A DNA stretch of 64,000 nt, taken from Acidilobaceae archaeon. Lineage in GTDB: Archaea > Thermoproteota > Thermoprotei_A > Sulfolobales > Acidilobaceae. How positions within the stretch are numbered: position 1 is the stretch's first letter; each line of letters opens with the position of its first letter. The position numbers and the translations under genes are program-made. The stretch covers positions 64,001-128,000 of the forward strand of contig JAWAWX010000001.1 in NCBI GenBank assembly GCA_038897215.1, given 5' to 3'. This document shows, piece by piece, positions 18,844 through 29,072 of this stretch. The notes beneath the pieces were generated by a model. That model was given only the letters and a program-made list of their open reading frames with translations, did no database searches and was not told the DNA's origin.

Positions 18844-20229
18844 ATGAAAGCAGATAGACGTAAAGCTAGAGTTCCCCCAATCGTGCTCTTCTCGAGCAAG
18901 CTAGCTCTAGCCTTGTTCCTGATAGCTCTAATTGCTCTCCTAGAGAAAGGCCCCCAGGTAGTCCCCCTGGCTATCGGAGCACACCCACTCAACGGAGGCC
19001 CTCTAGGTCTGAGCAGGTTCTACGAGATGCTAAGCGAGAAGCACGACGTGGTTCTCGTCACAGACTGGAGAGAGGCAGTAGAGTCGCTGGAGCGTTGTGA
19101 GAGAGCTCTCGTAGTCATAGTCTCGCCCGAGCTACGCTATGAGGAGAGCGAGGCTAAGCTCGTAGCTGAACTCGCTCGGAGGTGTAGAGAAGTCGCTCTA
19201 CTCGTAGCCGACGAGACAGGCAACTCGAACCCGGTCTTAGAAGCCTTCAACCTCACGTCTAGAATATCGGGCTACGTAATCCAGAGCTTAGTACCGGTCT
19301 ACATCGAGACCCCCTGGGGCTGGAGAGGGGCTCTAGTGCTAGACAAGCCCTCCACAGTCTACTCTAGTGGAGAGGAGGGGTTCTACGCCTACGAGACTTC
19401 AGGTAAAGCCTCCTGCTTCGTTATAGGAGACGGCTCGATATTCCTAAACCAAGTCCTGGAGTCTCAGTACTCAGAAATCTACGCTAGCTTCATCGAGTCG
19501 ACTGTAGAGAACCTCTGCGGAGGCGGCTGCGTGATCCTCCTAGAGGCGTCGAAGTACCAGTTACTCAATCCTCTTGCTGTACTCGAGGCTCTAGCTAGAG
19601 AAGACTCGGAGCTAGCGAGCTTGATAGACCCGGTAGCGTTAGCGTTATCGCTTCTCTCGATAGTACTACACCCAGCCACGTGGCTTCCACCGTTGCTCAA
19701 CGCGCTCAACATGCTTGTAAACAAGCTTCTCGAAGTAGAGCCGGCTAGATTCTTGCTCTTCCTAGGCTCTATTCTACTCCTCGCTGTCATCCTCTCTACT
19801 CAAGAGGAGAAGGCTGGAGACTCGCCGCTCAGAGACATCGCTGAGACCGGTTGGTACGGGTATGGGGAGTTCAGGAGAGTGATAGAGGAGAGAGGCTTGA
19901 GCAAGGAGGACTTCATCCAGGTGTACTCTATCGTAGACTCTGTGCTAACGTCTACCACAGGGGTCTCCCTCACTTCTCCCGAAGCCGTTTCAGTCTTGGA
20001 GGCGCATGGAGTGAGCGGAGAGAAGGCTAGAAGATACTGGGACTTCATGAACAAGTATTACAGGAGAGCTCTGGGGAAGACCCGCCTGCCCCCCATAGTC
20101 TTCTGGAGTAGAGTGGTCAAGAGGGCTCTAGTCGAGAGCGAGGAGGTTCTCGCTCATCTCGGAGCATCTCTCAAGAGGCTCGGAGGGCTAGAGGAGAAAG
20201 GGCTTGATCGAGGAGAGAGTACAAGCTGA
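18844..20229 (+). CDS. DUF4350-like membrane-anchored protein
   Basis: N-terminal TM, GLSRFYE, LLVADETG, VIGDGSIFLN, C-proximal TMs, MoxR context. Confidence 0.7.
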   Translation: MKADRRKARVPPIVLFSSKLALALFLIALIALLEKGPQVVPLAIGAHPLNGGPLGLSRFYEMLSEKHDVVLVTDWREAVESLERCERALVVIVSPELRYEESEAKLVAELARRCREVALLVADETGNSNPVLEAFNLTSRISGYVIQSLVPVYIETPWGWRGALVLDKPSTVYSSGEEGFYAYETSGKASCFVIGDGSIFLNQVLESQYSEIYASFIESTVENLCGGGCVILLEASKYQLLNPLAVLEALAREDSELASLIDPVALALSLLSIVLHPATWLPPLLNALNMLVNKLLEVEPARFLLFLGSILLLAVILSTQEEKAGDSPLRDIAETGWYGYGEFRRVIEERGLSKEDFIQVYSIVDSVLTSTTGVSLTSPEAVSVLEAHGVSGEKARRYWDFMNKYYRRALGKTRLPPIVFWSRVVKRALVESEEVLAHLGASLKRLGGLEEKGLDRGESTS

Positions 20230-21577
20230 GAGCGTTGTAGTCTCGACGTGGAGGATTCTAGCTGCTCTCATTCTAGCCTCATCGCTCATAGCGCTCGAGG
20301 TCTTCAAAGCCTACCCCACGGGGCGGCTCGGGGTCTCTCTGGTCGCGTTAATCCTAGCTCTCAGAGTCTACAGCGCTATAGCTACAGTGTCTCTAGCTCG
20401 GTGTAGAGTCACAGCTAGAGTCGAGGGGAGTGGAGTCGAGGGCAAGCCTATCAAGCTAGTCTACAGTATCTGTAACGAATCGATCACGCCCATAGCGCTA
20501 GCTGAGCTATCGCTACAGTACCCCGACTATCTGAAGATATCGAGAGGGTCTCCTGGAGCTCTCGCGATACTACCTCCTAGAGGCTGTCTCGACTACGAGG
20601 TCGAGTTCAAATCAAGAGTAGGCCGTCACACTCTAGGACCCCTTAGAGTAGTCTATAGAGACCTCTTCGGGTTCTTCAGAAGCCAGGAGTTGAAGCTAGG
20701 AGAGCAGCTCGAGGTCAGAGTTATCCCACGCGTCGATGAGAAGATTAGGAGAGCGGCTTTCTCAGCCTCAAGAAGCGCAGGGCTTGCTAGAGCGAGGCTA
20801 GCGGGTGAGGGCGTAGAGTTCTACTCTGTGAGAGAATACGAGCCTGGAGACGAGCTGAGGAGAGTGTACTGGAGAGCTCTAGCTAGGGGGAGGCTTGCTG
20901 TCAAAGAGTACGAGAGAGAGACTTTGCTCTACGTGCTCTTCGTCATCGTCGCCGACAATAGCATGATTCATGGACCGTACCTGAGCACTCCTCTAGAGCA
21001 CTCTCTCCGAATACTTGGGAGCGTGGCTAGCTATTTAGCGAGTAGAGGCGACTACCTAGCTCTAGCGATATCGACCCCCAGGAGGAACACAGTAGTGGGC
21101 TTCAAGAGAGGTAGAGCTGGTCTCGCGGCTATACTGAACGCGGTAGCGTCGATCGATATTCAAGATATGAGAGTTCAGGAGGATAGAGGAGTTGTCTCGC
21201 ATAGACTCAGCTCGCTCGAGAGAGATATAGTAGTCGCTCTCCCCAGAGATAGAGTAAACGTTATCGTAGTCAGCACAGCTAGCATGGCTGAGGCCGTAGC
21301 GGAGACTCTAGGAAAGCTGGGCTTAATCGAGGGAGTCTCACTCAACTTCTTCATACTCCTCCCCCACCTCTATGGCGTAGAGGAGCTCTCGGACTTTGAG
21401 AGAGCAGTCTACAGAGTCAGAACTTACCAGGCTACTCGCGATGCTCACCTAGTAGCTAGGAGGCTTAGAGGGAGAGGCTTCAGAGCTGTTGTAGTCACAC
21501 CCTGGGATATGGCCTCGAAGATCCTAGCACGACTCGAGGCGCAGAGAGGTGTCCTTGGTGTCTGGGCTAAGGCTTAG
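20204..21577 (+). CDS. DUF58 domain protein (MoxR partner)
   Basis: DLFGFF, EFYSVREYEPGDELRRVYWRALAR, VKEYE. Confidence 0.92.
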   Translation: MIEERVQAESVVVSTWRILAALILASSLIALEVFKAYPTGRLGVSLVALILALRVYSAIATVSLARCRVTARVEGSGVEGKPIKLVYSICNESITPIALAELSLQYPDYLKISRGSPGALAILPPRGCLDYEVEFKSRVGRHTLGPLRVVYRDLFGFFRSQELKLGEQLEVRVIPRVDEKIRRAAFSASRSAGLARARLAGEGVEFYSVREYEPGDELRRVYWRALARGRLAVKEYERETLLYVLFVIVADNSMIHGPYLSTPLEHSLRILGSVASYLASRGDYLALAISTPRRNTVVGFKRGRAGLAAILNAVASIDIQDMRVQEDRGVVSHRLSSLERDIVVALPRDRVNVIVVSTASMAEAVAETLGKLGLIEGVSLNFFILLPHLYGVEELSDFERAVYRVRTYQATRDAHLVARRLRGRGFRAVVVTPWDMASKILARLEAQRGVLGVWAKA

Positions 21578-22667
21578 GCTGGCATTCAGGCTGGTAGCGC
21601 TGGCTGTGACAACACCCATGGTCTTAGAGACTCTGCCTAGGCTCCCCGCTCTCGAAGAGCTTCAGCTAGTGGCAAATACTGGTGTGGCAAGAGAGGTTCT
21701 AGAAGCTCTCCGGCTCATTCTCGAACTCCTAGCCCCCCTATCTTCTCTAGCTCTAGCCTTGCTGAGCGCGGTCCTCCTAAACCCTGTCCTCTATGTTTTC
21801 TCGCTAGTGCTCGCCATAGGCTCCGACGTGCAGCCATCTCTAGCGCTCATTGCTCCAGTCTTCGTGCTCAGCGCTCTCAACAATCTGGAGAGCGTTTGGA
21901 GACCTCGTTTCGTAGAGTCTATACGGGTTCGCGGAATCCCCGCTTTCTTGCTGAGTTTCTCCACGCTAATCGCGGCCATGACTGCTCTATCTCTAGCTCT
22001 AGGAGCGTTCTTGTGGAGAGCGGGCTCAGCGCTGGAGAGAGCCTCGGCTCTCGCTTCAGAAGAGACTTTGGCCTACCTGCTTTACACCATAGCTTCAAAC
22101 CCTGTTTTCAAGACGCTCCTACTAGGAGCTCTTCTCTCTCTACTATACGTGGCTTTCTTCAGGATTGCCGAGGTCGTAGTCTACTTCGCTAAGCCTTCTC
22201 CGAGACTGTACGCCTCTATCTTAGCTAGCTTGGAGGAGTCTCGGATCAAGCCTCCTCTAGGCTTCGTGAAGACTCTAGCCGCTTCTCTCTTATTCTTCCC
22301 CTTCATAGCGGTCATCGCGAACGCTCTAGTAACCTCTAGACTAGCCGCTATCAGCTCGAGCCCCCTAGTGCAACTAGCTATCTCTCTAGCTGTAGCCTAT
22401 CTCGTCTTAGCTCTATCCTGGGTTCTCGTAGCTAGAGCACTAAGGCTTAGCGAAGACGGCGAGCCGTCTGTAGCCTCCATCGTAGCGGGAGCTGCTTTTG
22501 CAACAGCACTCTGTCTTGGAGCATATCTAGCGGGCTACTGGGACCCCAGCAGGGGGCTGACTGGCTTCAGGTATCTCGATAGAGTGCTGTTAGAGTCTAT
22601 CGATCGCCTCGCCTTAGTCTTTAAGATTCTGGAGGCTGTATTGAGGATAGTGGGGGCTCTGCCGTGA
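21549..22667 (+). CDS. Polytopic membrane protein in the MoxR operon
   Basis: Many hydrophobic segments, overlaps both neighbours. Confidence 0.75.
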   Translation: MSLVSGLRLRLAFRLVALAVTTPMVLETLPRLPALEELQLVANTGVAREVLEALRLILELLAPLSSLALALLSAVLLNPVLYVFSLVLAIGSDVQPSLALIAPVFVLSALNNLESVWRPRFVESIRVRGIPAFLLSFSTLIAAMTALSLALGAFLWRAGSALERASALASEETLAYLLYTIASNPVFKTLLLGALLSLLYVAFFRIAEVVVYFAKPSPRLYASILASLEESRIKPPLGFVKTLAASLLFFPFIAVIANALVTSRLAAISSSPLVQLAISLAVAYLVLALSWVLVARALRLSEDGEPSVASIVAGAAFATALCLGAYLAGYWDPSRGLTGFRYLDRVLLESIDRLALVFKILEAVLRIVGALP

Positions 22668-23776
22668 CTAGAGTGCTGGTAATCGCGCTCGCCACTCTGC
22701 TGATCGCGCTGAGCTCTATAAGCTCGGCGGAGCTCATAGCCACTCAGATACATACTCTAGGGTTCCCCGCTGGCTTCGGAGACCTACTGTCTCTACTCCA
22801 CTACCTCAGCCTACTTCAGAACGCTAGCGCGTGGCCTAGTGTAGAAGAGCTGGCTAGGCTCATCCAGGCAAACTGCACCTCGCTCTCGTGTCTCGCAGAG
22901 GACCCGAGCATCGCTCAGGCTATCGAGCAAGTGCTGAGAGAGTACAATATGACCTACTCGATGCTAGCTAATGCATCGACAAGAGACCTCATAGACATGA
23001 TATCTAGCGAAGAGTGGGCTAGGCTTCTCAGCGAGATAGCGACAGCAGAGTCTCCTAGTACAGAGGTGCTAGAGCAGCTAGCGATAGAAGCTATGCTGGC
23101 GATGGCTAGAGGAGACTTGAGTCTCGCAGATTACCTAATCGTACTGGAGGTTTTGAGGAGACTCTCTGAGAACGCGGGAGCAGAGACTCTAGCCGGTAGC
23201 CTCTCATCAGAGCAGATTAGAGCACTAACCGAGGCTGCAAGACGCCTCCTCCAGCTCCGGGAAGGCGGGGTAGCTGTGGGAGAGCCGAGCACCGGGTTCT
23301 GGAGCAGGCTCCTCCAAGTGGAGTCTCCGCCTCTACTGCCGGAGAGCTTGAAAGCGAGGCTCCCAGCGGTTAGCGCTCCTAGAGAAGCTCTAGCTTACTT
23401 GTTGCTCGCGAGCGCTCTAGTCTTGCTAGCCTACTCGCTACTAGGCATTGCGGCGAGAGGCGCCGGCATCCCCGGTCTCGCTCTCATCCTCAGGAGAGGA
23501 GACTCCAGGGTAGTGGACTACGCTCACGGCTCGAGAATCGTGCAGCTCTACTGGAGGGGAGTGAAGCTAGTAGAGAGGATTGCGGGCAAGCCGATGGAGG
23601 TTACTCACACTCACAGAGAGTACCTGAAGCTAGTCGAGAGCGACTTAGGGGATAAGGCTCAAGCGTTCAGGTCTCTCACTCTAGACTACGAGCTACATAG
23701 ATTCGGAGGCGTCCCTGACGAGCAACTTCTGCCAGATGCTGAGAGAAGCCTCAGAGTCTTGTCTTCGAGAAGCTAG
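22664..23776 (+). CDS. DUF4129 domain membrane protein
   Basis: Signal/TM segments and C-terminal THREY...FRSLTLDYELHRFGG. Confidence 0.85.
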   Translation: MTRVLVIALATLLIALSSISSAELIATQIHTLGFPAGFGDLLSLLHYLSLLQNASAWPSVEELARLIQANCTSLSCLAEDPSIAQAIEQVLREYNMTYSMLANASTRDLIDMISSEEWARLLSEIATAESPSTEVLEQLAIEAMLAMARGDLSLADYLIVLEVLRRLSENAGAETLAGSLSSEQIRALTEAARRLLQLREGGVAVGEPSTGFWSRLLQVESPPLLPESLKARLPAVSAPREALAYLLLASALVLLAYSLLGIAARGAGIPGLALILRRGDSRVVDYAHGSRIVQLYWRGVKLVERIAGKPMEVTHTHREYLKLVESDLGDKAQAFRSLTLDYELHRFGGVPDEQLLPDAERSLRVLSSRS

Positions 23777-24903
23777 CCGCCACCGCTCTCGCGCGCGATT
23801 CGCGTTAGCAAGACTAGCACGGATATCGCTAGAGTAGCAACGTATACCAGCAACCCTTCCTCAAGCCCGTATCCAGCCATGTAGAAGAGAGGATAAGCTG
23901 TAGCGGGGAGGCTGTACGTGAGCGTCACAACGCCCGCTGCTGTGTTTTGAAGGCTTCTCGGCAGAGACCTGCTTACAGCCATGGTTTGCGCTATCTCCCT
24001 GAAGGGGTATAGAGGTAGAACCCAGAGAGCTAGGAATAGCAGGCCGCTCACGTGGTAGAGTAGTAGCCCGTAGACTAGGTAGGCTGCGTACGCTACAGTG
24101 AGGAGCCTCACTGGGTTGAGCTTATCGGCCACAACTCCTGCTATGGGGCGAGCTATTGTTGAAGCTATTGTTGTAAGAGTGCCCCCCACTAAACCGAAGA
24201 CTAGGAGACTCTCGGTGACCTCGTAGAGCTTTATCGAGAGGAGATTCCAGTAGAGAGTAAGCCCGGCTCCAGCTAGCAGTAGCCCTGCTAGAAGACTCTT
24301 GGGTAGAGCTGAGAGAGAGTCGAGCGCATCGCGATACCTCGCTCCACTCGAGTTGTTGTCACCGAGCAGAGCTAGTAGTAGCGATGCCAGAAGAGCGGTT
24401 GCCCCCACAGAAGAGAATATGAGCGTGTAGCCTCCGAGAGGCTCTAAGAGCCCCGGGATTACTGAGCCTACGCTCCAAGCTAGAGGGAAGACCATCGTGA
24501 CTGTCGCGTAGACTCTACCAGAGCCCCTAGCTCTGTGGAGTAGAACTCCTAGAGCGTTGGAGTAGAAGATGTTGCTGAAAACACCTCCAACGAATGCTGG
24601 GACGAAGAGAAGCCTCGGGTCGTAGGCTGTAACAATGGGGATCGATAAGTAGACCGGGGCTCTCAGCAACGAGAGGAGAGCTACGGCTCTCCTCCCGTAG
24701 ACGTCTCCCAGAACCCCGCCTAGAGGAGCGGCTAGACTCGCTATCCCCTCGAAGCCCACTAGTAGCGCCACGTACCTGTAGGCTTCTAGCTCTCCTAGAG
24801 AGTCTCTAACGTAGGCTCTCGATGCGAAGAAGTACGCGGCGAAGGAGACAGTGTCGAGCCACAGGACCAGGGCTATGAGAGCGTACTCTCTGAGACTCTT
24901 CAA
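23773..24903 (-). CDS. MFS transporter
   Basis: Motif A GVLGDVYGRR, repeated as GVVADKL, about 12 TM. Confidence 0.88.
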   Translation of the reverse strand: MKSLREYALIALVLWLDTVSFAAYFFASRAYVRDSLGELEAYRYVALLVGFEGIASLAAPLGGVLGDVYGRRAVALLSLLRAPVYLSIPIVTAYDPRLLFVPAFVGGVFSNIFYSNALGVLLHRARGSGRVYATVTMVFPLAWSVGSVIPGLLEPLGGYTLIFSSVGATALLASLLLALLGDNNSSGARYRDALDSLSALPKSLLAGLLLAGAGLTLYWNLLSIKLYEVTESLLVFGLVGGTLTTIASTIARPIAGVVADKLNPVRLLTVAYAAYLVYGLLLYHVSGLLFLALWVLPLYPFREIAQTMAVSRSLPRSLQNTAAGVVTLTYSLPATAYPLFYMAGYGLEEGLLVYVATLAISVLVLLTRIARESGGG

Positions 24904-24927
24904 GGAGCCAGCGCACCTAGCGCGTTT

Positions 24928-26043
24928 CTATCTCGTCACGTGGCTCTCAATCTCTCTAACCAGGTCTCCTCTAGACTCCAATAGCCTTCTAGCAGGCTCT
25001 AGGAGCTTTGCCAACGCTTCGGCTACAGCGTTCTTCAAGTCTAGTGGGTGTATGTCGCCTCTAGCGTAGGCTTCTCTCAGCTCGCTGACGCTACTCACAA
25101 CCAGGGGGCCTCCGTACTTCGCGGGCCTCTCTATCTCGAGCTCCAGCCTGCCTCTCGCGCCGAGCACGTAGCTGGCTATCTCGACCACAGGATTGTAGTC
25201 TAGCTGTCTTGGGGGGCAGTAGGCTTTTCTCAGCTTCTCGGCTATGAGCTCGGGCGGGTCGTGGAGAAAGATAGCGGACTCGGGCTTCGACTTGCTCATC
25301 TTGACGTCTGAGTAGACCTCGTCTATCTCGACTCCAGCAACATCCATGCGGGCTCCGGGGCCCTGGAGGCTGGTGACTATCGGCGTGTGTATAGCGATCG
25401 GCTTCTTCAAGCTCCTGCCTAGAACTCGCTCGCAGAACTCCCTTATCCTCTTCTTCTCAGCAGTATCTCTAGCCAGCATGTGCGCCTTCCTCTGGTCTAT
25501 CCCTCCGAGAGCAACGTCTAAGTCTAGGTAGTATATGTCGGCTACCTGCATAGCCGGGTAGACGAGCTTGGAAGCGTCTAGCTCAGCTTCCTCAGCCCTC
25601 CTACCCATTATCGTCAAGCTACGCTTGATCCTAGCAAGGCTGTTGTTCTTCATGACCTCCAAGACTAGAGCCCAGTAGCCGGGGTCTGAGGCTATCTCTT
25701 CAGCGTCTACGAACCTGATCTTATCAACGGGGACTCCCATAGCCTCCATGACTTCGCGCGTGAGTCTAGCAGACTTCCTTATCAAATCCATGTCTCCTCC
25801 TAGCTTATCGTTTATGAAGGCGTGCCAAGTGGCCTCTAGTATCGTGAAGTCCACGCCGGCCTCCACCAAGTCCCACACCTTGAAGATCCAAACTAGCCAG
25901 CCTACGTGAACGAGACCGCTCGGCTCGTAGCCTATGTACCCTCTGAGCTTCTCCCCGCTCTCCAGCTTCTGCCGTAGCTCCTCTACCGTGACGACCTCGA
26001 CTGTGTTCCTCGTGATTAAGCTCATCTTAGCGTCTAAGTCCAA
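24928..26043 (-). CDS. tyrS: Tyrosine--tRNA ligase
   Basis: YIGYEPSGLVHVG, YPAMQVAD, GGIDQRK, KMSKS, HPLDLK. Confidence 0.97.
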   Translation of the reverse strand: MDLDAKMSLITRNTVEVVTVEELRQKLESGEKLRGYIGYEPSGLVHVGWLVWIFKVWDLVEAGVDFTILEATWHAFINDKLGGDMDLIRKSARLTREVMEAMGVPVDKIRFVDAEEIASDPGYWALVLEVMKNNSLARIKRSLTIMGRRAEEAELDASKLVYPAMQVADIYYLDLDVALGGIDQRKAHMLARDTAEKKRIREFCERVLGRSLKKPIAIHTPIVTSLQGPGARMDVAGVEIDEVYSDVKMSKSKPESAIFLHDPPELIAEKLRKAYCPPRQLDYNPVVEIASYVLGARGRLELEIERPAKYGGPLVVSSVSELREAYARGDIHPLDLKNAVAEALAKLLEPARRLLESRGDLVREIESHVTR

Positions 26044-26130
26044 GACTCGAGCCCTTAGGCTCTCGGGGAGAAGAGGCTAATAACGTTTATAAGGCGGACT
26101 CTAGCGTGAAGAGCTGAGGGTAAGCGGTAA

Positions 26131-26592
26131 ATGAATAAGCGTAAGAAGAAGGGGAGGTCTGGGTCCACGAGGCCAGCTAGGCCCACTCCGCCGACGTGGC
26201 TGACCTACACTCCAGAGGAGATAGAGCTGGTCGTGGAGGAGCTCGCTAAGAAAGGCTACGGTCCCAGCATGATCGGGCTGATCTTGAGAGACCAGTTCGG
26301 AGTGCCTCTAGTCAAGCCTATCCTAGGCAAGTCTATAACTGAGATCCTCGAGGAGAAGGGGCTTGCTCCCAGCATTCCCGAAGACCTCTTCTACCTGATA
26401 AAGAAAGCAGTCAATCTGAGAAGGCATCTGCAAGAGCACCCCAAGGACACACACGCTAAGAGAGGCTTGATCGACGTAGAGTCCAAGATACACAGGCTGG
26501 TGAAGTACTACAAGAGAACAGGCAAGCTACCGGCAGACTGGACTTACGACCCGCAGAGAGCAGAGCTACTAGTAGCTGGAGCAGGGCTCTAG
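26131..26592 (+). CDS. rps15: 30S ribosomal protein uS15 (S15/S13e)
   Basis: [32 protein letters not shown]. Confidence 0.97.
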   Translation: MNKRKKKGRSGSTRPARPTPPTWLTYTPEEIELVVEELAKKGYGPSMIGLILRDQFGVPLVKPILGKSITEILEEKGLAPSIPEDLFYLIKKAVNLRRHLQEHPKDTHAKRGLIDVESKIHRLVKYYKRTGKLPADWTYDPQRAELLVAGAGL

Positions 26593-26724
26593 CCACGTTC
26601 TCGCGTAGCCTCGGCTCTACACTCAGGCCTCTCCCACTCCAGGCTTGCGGGTCCTACCTCGCCTCAGCGGCTCTATGATGAGCCCAGATCGACTCTCTTT
26701 AACTCCACGCGCTCCTCCTCCTAT

Positions 26725-28035
26725 ATGGTGCTCCTCTTGCTCAAGCTGACTCTGTCTCCTACCGCTAGAGACCTCGATAGAGCTCTGGAGGCAGCATACA
26801 AGTCGCTCTACCAGGTTCTAGAAGCGTCGTCAGCTGAGGGCAGGCTCCTCGTCAGAGTCTACCCTAACCTAGACCCTATAGTCGCCGGAGTCATAGTCGC
26901 TACTCGAGCTCTCCGCGCTGGCGTCAGAGTATCCTTCAAGACCTCGCTAGAGCCTCCTCTCGAGATTCGAGAACCCTCCGTTCTAGTCGGCTACAGTAAG
27001 CTAGACTACTCGGCTCAAAACGTGACTAAGCCCATGATAGCTATAGCCTCAGGGTCTATAGACTCGATCCCCGTCCACGGAGCCACCTTCGTGGGAGGCC
27101 AGGGTAGCAATACGGCGGTAGCCGCTCTCATCGCGACGAGTGGAGTGTTCAGCGCTGGGACTGATATCGTGTCTCTAGCTCTACTAGGCGTCTACTCTGG
27201 GAGCTACGTGGACCCCGTTGGTAGATTCGCTGGGCTAGATAGAGTGCTAGTGGACAGGCTGTCAGCTAGCGCACCGAGCCTCGATGTGATCACCACGATC
27301 AAGGTGTATAAGCCCCACCTCTTCGACGTGTGTGAAGCGATATCGAGAACAGCGCACCCCCTCTACCTAGGGCTAGCCGGGAACCCTTGGAGATGCCAGG
27401 AGATCCTGGGGGTCGAGAAGTATAGGAGTGTCGCCGGGAAGCCTCTCTCCTCTATAACAGACCTGAAGGAGGTAGAGAGGCTAGCCAGGCTGGTCCTAGA
27501 CTATATGCATAGTAGCTTCAAGTCGAGGATCTCGGCTAAAGACATAGTAGCAGGCATCATGGTGTCCAAGAGTAGAGAGTCTATAGTCCAGGACTACAGG
27601 GAGGCGTCCGACGCAGTAGTCTACGTGTCGGACGCGGAGAAGAGCCTAGCTAGAGCAGTCGCCACTCTACTAGACTACTCGATAGAGTTGCCTCTAGCCG
27701 AGTCTCGTCTAGAGCTTCACGCGAAGAGCCTCTCCGACGCCGTCATAGGAGGGTCTATAGCGAGACTGGGAGGACCCCAAGGCCCTAAAGTCTACTTGGT
27801 CAGCGCTAAGCCAGAAGTCTCGCTGACACTACTCTGGAGAGCCTTGAAGACTCACGGCTTGATAGAGCCTGACTCCATTCTAGTCGTGGAGGAGAACGGA
27901 GAGCTTTCAGCCTCCCCTATTCAAATAGAAGAAGCTCTAGGCTACGGGGCTCTCAGAGAGCTCGCTAGAGCCGGTCTAGTATCATTCGATGGTGATAGAG
28001 CCTGGGTGGAGAGGAAAGCGCTAGGTGCGAGGTAG
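26725..28035 (+). CDS. Degenerate DHH/RecJ-like protein (Cdc45/GAN ortholog by context)
   Basis: Occupies the RecJ slot of the conserved rps15-recJ-pcc1-rps3ae string. Remnant motif I (YPNLDPIVAG), no DHH. Confidence 0.7.
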   Translation: MVLLLLKLTLSPTARDLDRALEAAYKSLYQVLEASSAEGRLLVRVYPNLDPIVAGVIVATRALRAGVRVSFKTSLEPPLEIREPSVLVGYSKLDYSAQNVTKPMIAIASGSIDSIPVHGATFVGGQGSNTAVAALIATSGVFSAGTDIVSLALLGVYSGSYVDPVGRFAGLDRVLVDRLSASAPSLDVITTIKVYKPHLFDVCEAISRTAHPLYLGLAGNPWRCQEILGVEKYRSVAGKPLSSITDLKEVERLARLVLDYMHSSFKSRISAKDIVAGIMVSKSRESIVQDYREASDAVVYVSDAEKSLARAVATLLDYSIELPLAESRLELHAKSLSDAVIGGSIARLGGPQGPKVYLVSAKPEVSLTLLWRALKTHGLIEPDSILVVEENGELSASPIQIEEALGYGALRELARAGLVSFDGDRAWVERKALGAR

Positions 28036-28286
28036 AGCTAGAGGTAGAGAGCGTCTACGCTGGGGCTCTCGAGAAAGCCCTGGCTCCAGACAACGCTACA
28101 GCGCCTCCCTGGCTTAGCGTGAAATGCGAGGCAACAGAGTCCAGGCTAGTCTGCAGAGTGTCTGTAGACTGCGAGGAGCCCCGTAGAGTACTCAGTCTAC
28201 GCAACACCATAGACGACCTCATAGTCTCCCTGAAGAGCGCTCTCGACTCTCTCAGAGAGCTAGCGGATTTGAGTGATAAAGCTTAA
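28002..28286 (+). CDS. pcc1: KEOPS complex subunit Pcc1 (absent from the ORF track; CUG start)
   Basis: 94 aa frame with ALEKALAPDN and SLRNTIDDLI motifs in canonical position. In-frame TAG at 27996, CTG at 28002, GGTGAT SD at 27991. Confidence 0.88.
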   Translation: MGGEESARCEVELEVESVYAGALEKALAPDNATAPPWLSVKCEATESRLVCRVSVDCEEPRRVLSLRNTIDDLIVSLKSALDSLRELADLSDKA

Positions 28287-28324
28287 TTAAGCCCTGGGTG
28301 TGCAAGGCTGGGGGGTAGAGGGGG

Positions 28325-28978
28325 TTGTCTAAGAGGGTCGCGGTCAGGGATAAGTGGAAGCTCAAGAAGTGGTACACGGTAGTAGCGCCTCAGGTCTTCG
28401 GAGAAGCCCCTCTCGGCACGACTCCAGCCGATGACCCCGACAAGCTTATAGGGAGGACTATGGAGGTCACTCTCTTCGACCTAACAGGAGACATAGCGTA
28501 CGTTCACGTCAAGCTGAAGTTTCAGATAGTGAGAGTAGACGGGACAACAGCCTACACCTGGTTCAAGGGGCATGAGCTCCTCAGAGACTATGTTAGAAGC
28601 CTAACTAAGAGGAAGACCAGCAAAATCACGGGGATCTTCGACGTGTGGACTAAGGATGGCTATGGTCTCAGATTAACTTGTTGTGCATGGACCCGGTTTA
28701 GGTGTAACACCAGCCAGAAGAGGGAGATCAGGAGGAGGATGAGAGAGGTAGCTATAAACTATGCTAAAGAGCATACTCTAGACGAGCTGGTGAACGCCAT
28801 GGTGTTCAGCGACAAGGAGGGTAGTCTCGCTAAGCTCGTGGAGGAGCAAGCTAGGAAGATATACCCTCTGAGAAAGGTCGAGGTGGTCAAGTCTAAGCTA
28901 CTCTGGGCTCCTGGACCCGAGGGCCCGAGGAGAGCCGTCGTAATCTCCCCCGTTCAGATGAAGAAGGAGCTCAAGTAG
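28325..28978 (+). CDS. rps3ae: 30S ribosomal protein eS1 (S3Ae)
   Basis: RDKWKLKKWY, GRTMEVTL, DYVRSL, IYPLRKVEVVKSKL. Confidence 0.97.
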   Translation: MSKRVAVRDKWKLKKWYTVVAPQVFGEAPLGTTPADDPDKLIGRTMEVTLFDLTGDIAYVHVKLKFQIVRVDGTTAYTWFKGHELLRDYVRSLTKRKTSKITGIFDVWTKDGYGLRLTCCAWTRFRCNTSQKREIRRRMREVAINYAKEHTLDELVNAMVFSDKEGSLAKLVEEQARKIYPLRKVEVVKSKLLWAPGPEGPRRAVVISPVQMKKELK

Positions 28979-29072
28979 AGCTCCTCCCCCCACCACACTC
29001 TAGCTCTAACTCCTAGAGCGAGCTACTTTTAGCTCGCATACCACACGCTCCAGCACTGGTGGAGAGAGAGTA

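Noticed and set aside
26593-26724. Perfect C box ATGATGA at 26675 suggesting a third C/D sRNA
   Set aside because: No correctly spaced D' or D box; the motif sits in a small GGCTC/GAGCC hairpin.
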